From: an uncultured Gemmatimonadales bacterium
Lineage (GTDB): Bacteria; Gemmatimonadota; Gemmatimonadetes; Longimicrobiales; RSA9
Length of the DNA: 64,000 nucleotides
Assembly (NCBI GenBank): GCA_963708135.1
Contig: OY970192.1
Coordinates: forward strand, 2,144,001-2,208,000
Direction of reading: 5' to 3'
Below the pieces are notes generated by a model. That model was not told where the DNA came from, searched no databases, and saw only the letters and a list, made by a program, of their open reading frames with translations. Within the stretch, counting starts at the first letter, position 1; each line of letters opens with the position of its first letter. Shown one piece after another: positions 49,371-57,306 of the stretch. A program made the position numbers and the translations under genes.

Positions 49371-50299
49371 GCGCGCCGGAAGATGCGCTCGCGGTTGGCC
49401 ACGGGCTCGAAGCTCCGTGCGCCCGCCCCGAACAGCGTTTCCACCTTGCCCATCACCAGAAAGCCGCCGGGCGCGAGCGCCTCGTGGAAGCGGAGGAACA
49501 GCGACTCCTGTACCGGCCGCTCGAAGTAGATGATCACGTTGCGGCAGAGGATCAGGTGCTGCGCCCGGGGGAAGGGGCCGACCATCAGGTCGAGGGACTC
49601 GAAGCGGACGCGGTGGCGCAGCTCGGCCGCGACCCGGCTGGCGCGGGGCCCCTCGAACCAGCGGCGGCGCAGGCGCTCGGGGATCTCGCCGAAGGCGAAG
49701 TCGCCGTACTCGGCCCGTTCCGCGATGCGCAGGCTCTCGCGGTCGATGTCGCTGGCGCGGATGACGAAGCGGTCCAGCCGGTCCGTGAGCCCGTGCTCCT
49801 CGGCATAGTCGGCGAGCAGGATCGCCACGGAGAACGGCTCCTCGCCGCCGGCCGCGCCGGCGCTCCAGATCCGCACCTCGCGGTCGCGCAGCGCGAAGAG
49901 CGCGGGCACGACCTCCGCGCGCAGTGTCTCCCACACCTCGGGGTTGCGGTAGAACTTGCTGACGTTGATGGTGATCGTGTCGAGCAGCCGCTGGTACTCC
50001 TCGGCGTCGCGGCCCACCAGGTCGGCGTAGTCGGCGTAGCGGTGGACGCCCCGGGCGCGCATGCGCACGGCGATGCGGCGGCGCAGGCACTTCTCCTTGT
50101 AGCCGGCGGAGCGCAGGCCTCCCTTTGCCTCGATGAGCTCCTTGAGCGCCTGGAGCTCGTCCGCGTCCTCCGCGGCGAGATCCCCGTACGCGAGCGGCAG
50201 TGGCAGCGGGGCCGGGTAACGGAGCGGCCCCGCCGCCGGCGCGAGGGGGCCGGACGGCGCGGCGCCCCCGTCGCCGGGCACGGCGCCGTCAACCGGCAT
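49367..50299 (-). CDS. cheR: Chemotaxis methyltransferase CheR
   Basis: YKEKCLRRRI, TINVSKFYRN, IWSAGAAGGEEPFS, LILCRNVIIYF. Confidence 0.94.
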   Translation of the reverse strand: MPVDGAVPGDGGAAPSGPLAPAAGPLRYPAPLPLPLAYGDLAAEDADELQALKELIEAKGGLRSAGYKEKCLRRRIAVRMRARGVHRYADYADLVGRDAEEYQRLLDTITINVSKFYRNPEVWETLRAEVVPALFALRDREVRIWSAGAAGGEEPFSVAILLADYAEEHGLTDRLDRFVIRASDIDRESLRIAERAEYGDFAFGEIPERLRRRWFEGPRASRVAAELRHRVRFESLDLMVGPFPRAQHLILCRNVIIYFERPVQESLFLRFHEALAPGGFLVMGKVETLFGAGARSFEPVANRERIFRRA

Positions 50300-51911
50300 G
50301 GGCCACGATATCGAGGTTGTTGCGCACGACCTGGTTCTCCGGGTTCAGCTCGAGCGCGCGGCGCCAGCATTCGACGGCGCGTTCACGCTCCAGGCGCTTG
50401 TAGTGAAGGTTGCCCAGGCGCGCGTAGACGTCGTCGCCGAGCTCCGGCGCCAGCTCCGTGGCGCGCGCGTAGTGGGCCAGCGCCTCCTCCTGCAGCCCGC
50501 GCCGGTAGGCCACGTCGCCGAGGCCCTTCTGCGCCTGCGCGAGCGCCGGGCTCTCATCCGCGGCGAGGCGGTAGTAGCGCTCGGCATCGTCGAGCTCGTC
50601 GCGCCGCTCCGCGATGGCGCCCGCCACGAGCAGCAGCAGCGCGGAGGATGGGTGCGAGCCCACGCCGTCGGCAGCGTGGGTCGCGGCCTCCTCGAGGCGC
50701 CCCGCCAGGGCGGCGGCGAGGGCCGCGTGATAGAAGTACACCGGCGCGGGGCTGGCGGTCGAGGGCAGCCGCGCGCGGTAGCACGCGAGCTCATCGAGCG
50801 CCGCCGCGGGATCGCCCAGGTCGAGGCACACGAGCCCGCGCGAGAGCGGCACCAGCGGCGTGTCCGGGCGCAGCCGCTCGGCCTCCTCGAGCGCGAGCAG
50901 CGCGTCCTCCGGCCGGCCCAGCCGCCTGAGCGCCCAGGCCATGTCCACGAACGCGGCGTAGCGCGGCCCGCGCGCCTCCACCAGCTGCTTGAGCCCGACG
51001 ATGCCGGCCCGGTACTCTCCCCGCCGCAGGCGGACGAGGGCGAGGTGGAAGCGGGCGGCGACGTCGCCTGGAGACAGCTCCAGCACGCGCTCGAGCTCGC
51101 GCACGGCATCCTCGAGCAGGCCGGCCTTCGAGAAGGCGACTCCGAGGTTGCGCCGTTCGGCCGCCTCGCTCTCGCGCAGCCGCGGCGACTCGGCGTCCGC
51201 GCGCCGGCCCACGCGGTGGGCGAATCCCGCCTGGATCAGGCCGAAGAGCGCCTTGCCGACGTCGAACTCGCCGAGGCCGGTTGCGTCGATGATCTCCTGG
51301 ACGGTGCGGGTGCCGTCGAGCAGCGTCGCGAGCTGCCGCTGCTCCTCGTTCAGGTCCACCCCGGCCGCGAGCAGCCGGTCGCGCTCCACCTCGAAGAGCA
51401 GGTCGAGGGTGGGGATCTTCTTCTCGATGAGGCTCCACTCGTCGATCCGGCGCGCGGCCTCGAGCAGCAGGCTCTCGGGGTTGATCGAGACCAGTACGTC
51501 CGCGCCCTCTGGTCGCTCGTCCACCTCGAAGAAGAAGCTGCCGCGCGACCAGGTGAAGAGGTGGTAGACGGCCTCCTCGATCTGGATCCGGACGTAGTTG
51601 GTGACGTCCTCCATGCTCACCATCTCGGCCTCGGCGAGCAGCTCGCCGAGGCGGCGGTCCGGCTCGCGAGCCTGCCGGTCGAGCACCGCGCGAAGCTCCG
51701 CCTGCGTCAGCTTGCCGTCGTGGACCAGCAGGTCCCCCAGACGATCGCGGCGGTTGACGATGTGCGCGTAGGTGATCCGGCCGCGCTCGAAGTAGACCTG
51801 CCCGAAGCGCGACCGGTCCGTCACCGACAGGCAGCCGGTCTTCTGGCCCATCGCCAGCAGCTGGCACACATCGGCCAGGCTGGCCTCCTTCAGGCTCCCC
51901 TTGATCGCCAC
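50289..51911 (-). CDS. DUF4388 (PATAN-like) plus TPR protein
   Basis: IKGSLKEASLADVCQLL...KTGCL...LLLEAARRIDEW, followed by TPR repeats. Confidence 0.85.
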   Translation of the reverse strand: MAIKGSLKEASLADVCQLLAMGQKTGCLSVTDRSRFGQVYFERGRITYAHIVNRRDRLGDLLVHDGKLTQAELRAVLDRQAREPDRRLGELLAEAEMVSMEDVTNYVRIQIEEAVYHLFTWSRGSFFFEVDERPEGADVLVSINPESLLLEAARRIDEWSLIEKKIPTLDLLFEVERDRLLAAGVDLNEEQRQLATLLDGTRTVQEIIDATGLGEFDVGKALFGLIQAGFAHRVGRRADAESPRLRESEAAERRNLGVAFSKAGLLEDAVRELERVLELSPGDVAARFHLALVRLRRGEYRAGIVGLKQLVEARGPRYAAFVDMAWALRRLGRPEDALLALEEAERLRPDTPLVPLSRGLVCLDLGDPAAALDELACYRARLPSTASPAPVYFYHAALAAALAGRLEEAATHAADGVGSHPSSALLLLVAGAIAERRDELDDAERYYRLAADESPALAQAQKGLGDVAYRRGLQEEALAHYARATELAPELGDDVYARLGNLHYKRLERERAVECWRRALELNPENQVVRNNLDIVAHAG

Positions 51912-51914
51912 GGC

Positions 51915-53798
51915 TCAGTCCAGCTCCTGCACGATGAGATCCTCCAGCGGCCAGTCCCGAACCAGCTTCTCCCGGCTGAGGAACCAGGCATCGACGATGC
52001 CGCCGGACGGCGCGCGGCCGTCCTTGCCCACGCCGGCGCTCCGAGCGGCCACGCCTGCCGCAGGCGACGGCGCCGCCTCCGCCTCCACGGCCCCGGCCGC
52101 GGCGCCGGCCTCCTCCGGGTCCGCCGGCGCCGCCGCAGCGGGAGCCGCTTCAGGCGCGGACGCGGCGACCTCGACGGCGAGACCGCTGTCGAGCCGCGTG
52201 CGCAGGCGCTCGGCGATGCCGGCGAGCGCCTTCGGCGGACGCTCGGCGCCGAAGACGAGCTGGGCGCCGGCGCGCTGGAGCGACTCGAAGAGGTGGAACA
52301 GCTCCTCCTGGGCGCGCTCGGTATCGGCGAGCGCATCCACGCCGTCGAGGATGAGCGCGCCGGCGCGGCGGTAGCGGGCGCGCCACGCCTCGATGCGGTT
52401 GTGCTCGAGCGCCTGGATGAGCTCGCTCGCGAAAGCGGCGCCGGGCAGGTAGGCCACGGCGCAGTCCGGCCGCGCGCGCTGCAGCTCGGCGCCGAGCGCG
52501 CCGAGCAGCTCGGCGCGGCCCTCGCGCGGCCCGTGCACGAAGAACGGGTTGTAGCGGCGCCCCGGCTCCTCGACGGCCGCGCGGGCGGCGCGCAGGGCGA
52601 AGGAGTCGCCGAGGCGGAGGGCGTCGAAGGAGCGGTCGGGCGGCGGCGCGGGGAGCGGTCGGGCGCGTTCGCGCACGCGCGAGAGCAGCTCCTCGGCGTC
52701 GGGGCGGCGGTCCGGGTCGCGGAAGAGGTCCATGCGCGCTAGCTCGGGCGCGGCCGGCTCGAGCGATGCGATCTCGCCAGCAACCTCGCGGAGCCGCTCG
52801 ACATCGGCCTCGTAGGCGCGCACGATGCGCTCGACCTCCTCGTCGGGCGGCACCTGCGCGAGCGCCTTCTCGAGCCGGTTGGTGCGGTAGCCCTCGCCCT
52901 CCCAGCGCAGGATTGCGTTGCCGATCTGGCGCTCGGCGCTTCCCGCCGCGCCGACCACCTCGCCGACGGTGCCGGCGATGTCGGCGAGGAACTGGTCGAA
53001 CTCGCCCTCTACCGGCTCCGCGGCGACGACTCCGGCGGCGGCGGTCGCACCGCCCGGGCCGGCCGCGGCGCCGAAGAGGCGGCCGACCTCGTCGGGCGCG
53101 ACCTCCCGGTCCTCGAGCTCTTGCACGGCCAGCAGCCGGTTGAGGCCGCCCTGCAGCTCGCGGACGTTGCCGAAGGCGACGCGGGCCAGCGCCTCGGCCA
53201 CGCCGCCCGCGAGACGCTGCCCGCGTTCCTCGACCTTGCGCCGGAGGATGGCCACGCGGGTCTCGTAGTCGGGGGCCATGATGTCGACGATGAGGCCGCC
53301 GGAGAAGCGCGAGAGCAGGCGCTCATCCAGGCCGTCGATCTCGGGCGGCGGGCGGTCGCTGACGAGGACGACCTGCCCGCCGCGCGCGGAGAGGGCGTCC
53401 CAGGCGCGGATCAGCTCCTCCTGCGCGCGGTGCCGCCCGGCCAGGAACTGGACGTCGTCGAGGAGCAGGATGTCGACGGCCTCGACCCGGGTTCGGTAGG
53501 CATCGCGGTCGCCTGCCTCGACGGAGGCGATGAGCCCGTCCATGAAGTGCTCGAGCGTGTCGTAGACCAGCGCCAGCTCGGGGTGGATGCGGGTGGCGTG
53601 GTGGCCGATGGCGTTGAGCAGGTGGGTCTTGCCGAGCCCGGACGCGCTGTAGATGAAGAGCGGGTTGTAGGACGTGCCCGGCGCCTCCGCCACGCGGCGG
53701 GCGGCGGCGCAGGTCAGGCGGTTGCCCGCGCCGATGACGAAGGAGTCGAAGGTGAAGCGGGGATCCAGCTCGAGGGGACTCATGCGGGCGCGGCTCAC
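51915..53798 (-). CDS. DnaA/Hda-like protein with two tandem AAA+ domains and no DNA-binding domain
   Basis: FTFDSFVIG..N, YNPLFIYSASGLGKTH, LLDDVQFL, RLLSRF, NVRELQG; second copy YNPFFVHG...QEELFHLF...RLRTRL. Confidence 0.85.
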   Translation of the reverse strand: MSRARMSPLELDPRFTFDSFVIGAGNRLTCAAARRVAEAPGTSYNPLFIYSASGLGKTHLLNAIGHHATRIHPELALVYDTLEHFMDGLIASVEAGDRDAYRTRVEAVDILLLDDVQFLAGRHRAQEELIRAWDALSARGGQVVLVSDRPPPEIDGLDERLLSRFSGGLIVDIMAPDYETRVAILRRKVEERGQRLAGGVAEALARVAFGNVRELQGGLNRLLAVQELEDREVAPDEVGRLFGAAAGPGGATAAAGVVAAEPVEGEFDQFLADIAGTVGEVVGAAGSAERQIGNAILRWEGEGYRTNRLEKALAQVPPDEEVERIVRAYEADVERLREVAGEIASLEPAAPELARMDLFRDPDRRPDAEELLSRVRERARPLPAPPPDRSFDALRLGDSFALRAARAAVEEPGRRYNPFFVHGPREGRAELLGALGAELQRARPDCAVAYLPGAAFASELIQALEHNRIEAWRARYRRAGALILDGVDALADTERAQEELFHLFESLQRAGAQLVFGAERPPKALAGIAERLRTRLDSGLAVEVAASAPEAAPAAAAPADPEEAGAAAGAVEAEAAPSPAAGVAARSAGVGKDGRAPSGGIVDAWFLSREKLVRDWPLEDLIVQELD

Positions 53799-54415
53799 TT
53801 CCCGGGTGCGGCGGGCACGGCGCCCGCACGGAACTTCCTCGAGAGGCTGCGCAGCACGAGATCGCTCACGGCGCGCAGCGTGTCGAAGACGCCCTCGCCC
53901 GTCACGGCGATGGCCGGGAAAGCGGGGACGCCACGGAAGTTGAGCGCGTCCTCGAGCTCGTCCCAGCCCTGGGTGCCGGGCAGGTCGCGCTTGTTGTACT
54001 GGAGCACGAGGGGGGTGTCGAGTACGTCGAGGTCCTGGTCGATCAGGTTCTCGTGCAGGTTGCGCAGGCTCTCCAGGTTCTGCTCCGTCTGCTCGGGCTG
54101 CGAGTCCGCCACGAAGACGACGCCATCCGCGCCGCGCAGCACGAGCTTGCGGGTGGCGTCGTAATAGACCTGGCCGGGCACGGTGTAGAGCTGGAGCCGG
54201 GTGCGGAAGCCGGAGATGGCGCCCAGGTCGAGCGGCAGGAAATCGAAGAACAGCGTGCGGTCCGTCTCGGTGGCGAGCGAGACCATGGAGCCCTTCCGCT
54301 CGTCCGGCACGTGGGCGTGGATGTACTGCAGGTTCGTCGTCTTGCCGGACCGGCCCGGTCCGTAGTAGACGATCTTGCAGGTGATCTCCCGGGTCGAGTA
54401 GTTGACGAGCGACAT
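53795..54415 (-). CDS. mglA: MglA-family small Ras-like GTPase
   Basis: KIVYYGPGRSGKTTN, DRTLFFDFLPL, TVPGQVYY, NKRD. Confidence 0.93.
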   Translation of the reverse strand: MSLVNYSTREITCKIVYYGPGRSGKTTNLQYIHAHVPDERKGSMVSLATETDRTLFFDFLPLDLGAISGFRTRLQLYTVPGQVYYDATRKLVLRGADGVVFVADSQPEQTEQNLESLRNLHENLIDQDLDVLDTPLVLQYNKRDLPGTQGWDELEDALNFRGVPAFPAIAVTGEGVFDTLRAVSDLVLRSLSRKFRAGAVPAAPGK

Positions 54416-54909
54416 CAGGCCTCTCTCACGGCATCGGTCGGCAGCGCGACCCGCACGCCGGCCTCCAGGTCGTGTTCGAAGCTGGCGGCGTCACGGGAGC
54501 CGCCGGCGCCGCGCAGCGCCTCGAGGCCGCGCACCTCCTGGCCCAGCCGCTCGAAGAAGAGCTGGACCAGCCCGAGCGAGGAATCGTCGTCGAAGATCGC
54601 GATCAGGATGAGCTCGGCTCCGGGCGCCCGGAGCGGCGCCAGGAAGAGCTGCCGGTCGCGGCCGGCGTGGTGCAGATGCGTCCACCGGCCCGCCGGCGTC
54701 ATGCCGGCCAGCATTCCGGCGGCGGCGTGCGCCGCGGCCGCGAGCGAGGCGACGTTCACCACCTCGTAGCTGCGGGTGAAGCCGTGCTGCGCCAGCACCT
54801 GCCCCGCGCCGCTGACCAGCAGGCAGGTGCGGACGCGGGCCTCGCGCACGAATCGGCCGACCGGGTCCCCGAGCGCGGCGACGATTCGGTCCAGGTCCTC
54901 CCGCTTCAC
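54415..54909 (-). CDS. mglB: MglB-like roadblock/LC7 protein
   Basis: LLVSGAGQVLAQHG...ASLAAA...IFDDDSSLGLVQL; directly upstream of mglA. Confidence 0.75.
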   Translation of the reverse strand: MKREDLDRIVAALGDPVGRFVREARVRTCLLVSGAGQVLAQHGFTRSYEVVNVASLAAAAHAAAGMLAGMTPAGRWTHLHHAGRDRQLFLAPLRAPGAELILIAIFDDDSSLGLVQLFFERLGQEVRGLEALRGAGGSRDAASFEHDLEAGVRVALPTDAVREA

Positions 54910-55253
54910 GAGAGCCCCTCCGCCGCCCTGTGGACCTCGAGCCGGACCAGCCCGAGCTGCGCGCCATGGTCGGCCACCGCCACGACCATGAGCTCCCCGG
55001 CGCCGGCCATGACCACGTGCCCCTCCGCCGCCTCGAGCTGCAGCGTGTCCAGCCGGCCGAATCCCGCGGCGTCCGCGGCCCGCGAGGTCCGGCGGAACAC
55101 CGAGGCCGCCAGCGCCGCCACCGGACCGCCGTCCACCCGGGCGGCGAGCTCGGCCACGACGGGAACGCCGGCCTGCGCGTCCACGATGAGGGCACCGCGC
55201 ACGCCGGGCACGCGGCTCAGCCGCTCCAGGGCGCCACCGAACGGGGCGTTCAT
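54906..55253 (-). CDS. Stand-alone roadblock/LC7 protein
   Basis: VPGVRGALIVDAQAG..AALAA...LGLVRLEV; GGAGG RBS. Confidence 0.8.
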   Translation of the reverse strand: MNAPFGGALERLSRVPGVRGALIVDAQAGVPVVAELAARVDGGPVAALAASVFRRTSRAADAAGFGRLDTLQLEAAEGHVVMAGAGELMVVAVADHGAQLGLVRLEVHRAAEGLS

Positions 55254-56173
55254 ACGACCTCCTCCAGGTAGCTCCGGGCGAGCCGCTCGGCGCGGGCGGC
55301 CGCGCGCAGCACCCACCCCGTCGGCGCGCTGCGGCTCACGGCGATCAGGACGGCGAGCCCGCGCCCGAGCGGCGCGAGGTGCAGCATGGCCTCCTCCGCC
55401 TCCAGCAGGATCCCCTTCCACTCGCCCAGGCCGAGCAGCGAGGCGGTACGGCCGGCCTCGTCGATCGCGCCGCCCAGGATCGCGCCGGTGGCCTCCATCC
55501 CGGCACCGCCCCTCACGGTGCCCGCGAGCACGAGGCCCTGGTCATCGAGCACGAGCGCGCCGATGAACGGCGCCTCATCGAGCAGCGCCTCGAAGATGCG
55601 GTTCGGGTCCCGCGGCGCGACGTCCGCCCCGGCGCGGCCGGCGCTTCGCGCGGCGTGGGGCGCGGGCGCGTGGGGCGCGGGCGCGTGGGGCGCGGGCGCG
55701 GCGGGCGACGGCGAAGCGGGCGCCGCGGGCGCTCCGGGAGGCGCGCTGGCGGCGGCCGCACCGTCGCGGCGGGCGAGCAGCTCGAGCGCCTCGCGGACGG
55801 CCGGATCGGCGGGGCGCAGGGAAGCGGCCGACTCGAGGTGTCGCCTCGCCCCGGCGTACTCGCCGCGCTCGAGATCGTAGAAACCCATGCCGCGGTGGGC
55901 GTCGAAGTCCTGCGGCTGGAGCCGCAGCACGATCGACCACTCGTCGGATGCGCGCTCCCGGTCGCCGGCCTCGAGGTAGAGGAGCGCGAGCAACCCGTGC
56001 GCCTCCAGGTGCGAGGGGTTCCTCTCGAGGCCGCGCAGACAGACGCGCAGCGCCGCGTCATGCCGGCCCTGGCGCCGGTAGGCGCGCGCGAGCGGCAGGA
56101 AGGCCGGCGAGCCGGGGTCGCGCGCCACCTGCTCGCTCCAGTGCTGCAGGTCCGCGGGTCCGGGTGTGCTCAT
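55250..56173 (-). CDS. TPR plus roadblock/LC7 fusion protein
   Basis: N-terminal TPRs ([16 protein letters not shown]), APAPH linker repeats, C-terminal [14 protein letters not shown]. Confidence 0.8.
   Translation of the reverse strand: MSTPGPADLQHWSEQVARDPGSPAFLPLARAYRRQGRHDAALRVCLRGLERNPSHLEAHGLLALLYLEAGDRERASDEWSIVLRLQPQDFDAHRGMGFYDLERGEYAGARRHLESAASLRPADPAVREALELLARRDGAAAASAPPGAPAAPASPSPAAPAPHAPAPHAPAPHAARSAGRAGADVAPRDPNRIFEALLDEAPFIGALVLDDQGLVLAGTVRGGAGMEATGAILGGAIDEAGRTASLLGLGEWKGILLEAEEAMLHLAPLGRGLAVLIAVSRSAPTGWVLRAAARAERLARSYLEEVV
55653..55697. repeat. Three 15-bp tandem repeats encoding the APAPH linker
   Basis: GCGTGGGGCGCGGGC x3. Confidence 0.8.
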
Positions 56174-57297
56174 GCGTCCGTGTCCTGTGTCAGGAGCTGG
56201 GTCAGGGTGTCCACCGCCGCGAGCGCCTCCTCCACGATGCGCCGGCCCGGCGCATTGGTCGAGAGCCGAAGGAAGGTGGTCCAGGCATCGACGGCGCGGG
56301 CAAACTCGCCGGTCCGCACGGCCGCGAAGCCGAGGCGATAGTGGGCCGTCGGCGAGAGCGGATCCAGTCCGACGGCGCGCGCGAATGCCTCCGTGGCCGC
56401 GCGCATGCGGCCCTGCGCGAGCAGGGTGCGCCCCGAGAGCAGGGAGAACTCGGCGCGCTCGGCGTAGGTGGCCTCGAGCTCGCCCACCCGGCGCGATGCC
56501 TCCTCGAGCTGCCCGCCCGAGAGCAGCGCCTCCACCTCGGAGACGGCCGCGTAGAGCTTGCGCTCGGGCATCCGGCTGCGGCGCTCGTGGACCTCGACCA
56601 CGCCGGTGCTGACGAGGCCGAAGATAATGCGGGCCACCTCGAAGCTGCTCTTGCCGACGGCGGCGGCGAGCTGGCGCAGGTCGCGCTCACCGTCGATCTC
56701 CGCCAGCACCTCCCACTCGTCGGGGTGCAGCTCGAGGGTCGCGCTCTCGCGCTCATCCACGGGCGCGAGCACCGGCACGGCTTCCTCGTTCGGCACCTTC
56801 GACTCGAGCCGCGTCCACTCGTCGATCCGGCGCGCGCCCTCCATGAGCAGCGAGTCCACGCGGACCCGGACGCCCACGCGCTGGTGCCCGATCTCGGGCC
56901 GGTCCTCGAAGCGGAAGTAGCCCTGCTCCCAGCTCATCACATCGAAGATGGTCTCCTCGATCTGGAAGCGGATCTGCTGGTGGATGTCGTCCACCGAGAC
57001 ACTGCCCATCTCCACCAGCACGTCCGCCAACCGGCGCGACGGGTCCTGGCGCTGCAGCTCGAGCGCGCGCTCCAGCTCGCGGTCCGTCAGCTTGCCGGCC
57101 CGCAGCAGCAGCTGCCCGAGCTGCCGACTCGAGCGGCGCCGCACGGCGAACAGCACGGCGCCGTTGTGGAAGTGGACGATGGACTCGTCGTTCAGCCGGT
57201 CCGAGCGCACGGTCAGCACGCCCGTCTTCCGCGCCAGGTCCAGCAGCTGCAGCACATCCTGGATACTCAGCTCCTCCAGCGGTCCCTCGATCGCCAT
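56170..57297 (-). CDS. DUF4388 (PATAN-like) plus TPR protein
   Basis: [17 protein letters not shown]...KTGVL...[13 protein letters not shown]-terminal TPRs. Confidence 0.85.
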   Translation of the reverse strand: MAIEGPLEELSIQDVLQLLDLARKTGVLTVRSDRLNDESIVHFHNGAVLFAVRRRSSRQLGQLLLRAGKLTDRELERALELQRQDPSRRLADVLVEMGSVSVDDIHQQIRFQIEETIFDVMSWEQGYFRFEDRPEIGHQRVGVRVRVDSLLMEGARRIDEWTRLESKVPNEEAVPVLAPVDERESATLELHPDEWEVLAEIDGERDLRQLAAAVGKSSFEVARIIFGLVSTGVVEVHERRSRMPERKLYAAVSEVEALLSGGQLEEASRRVGELEATYAERAEFSLLSGRTLLAQGRMRAATEAFARAVGLDPLSPTAHYRLGFAAVRTGEFARAVDAWTTFLRLSTNAPGRRIVEEALAAVDTLTQLLTQDTDA

Positions 57298-57306
57298 GGC
57301 GCGCCC

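Noticed and set aside
51915..53798. Calling this gene dnaA and the region oriC
   Set aside because: No domain I or IV, no dnaN or gyrB neighbours, and no DnaA-box cluster seen.
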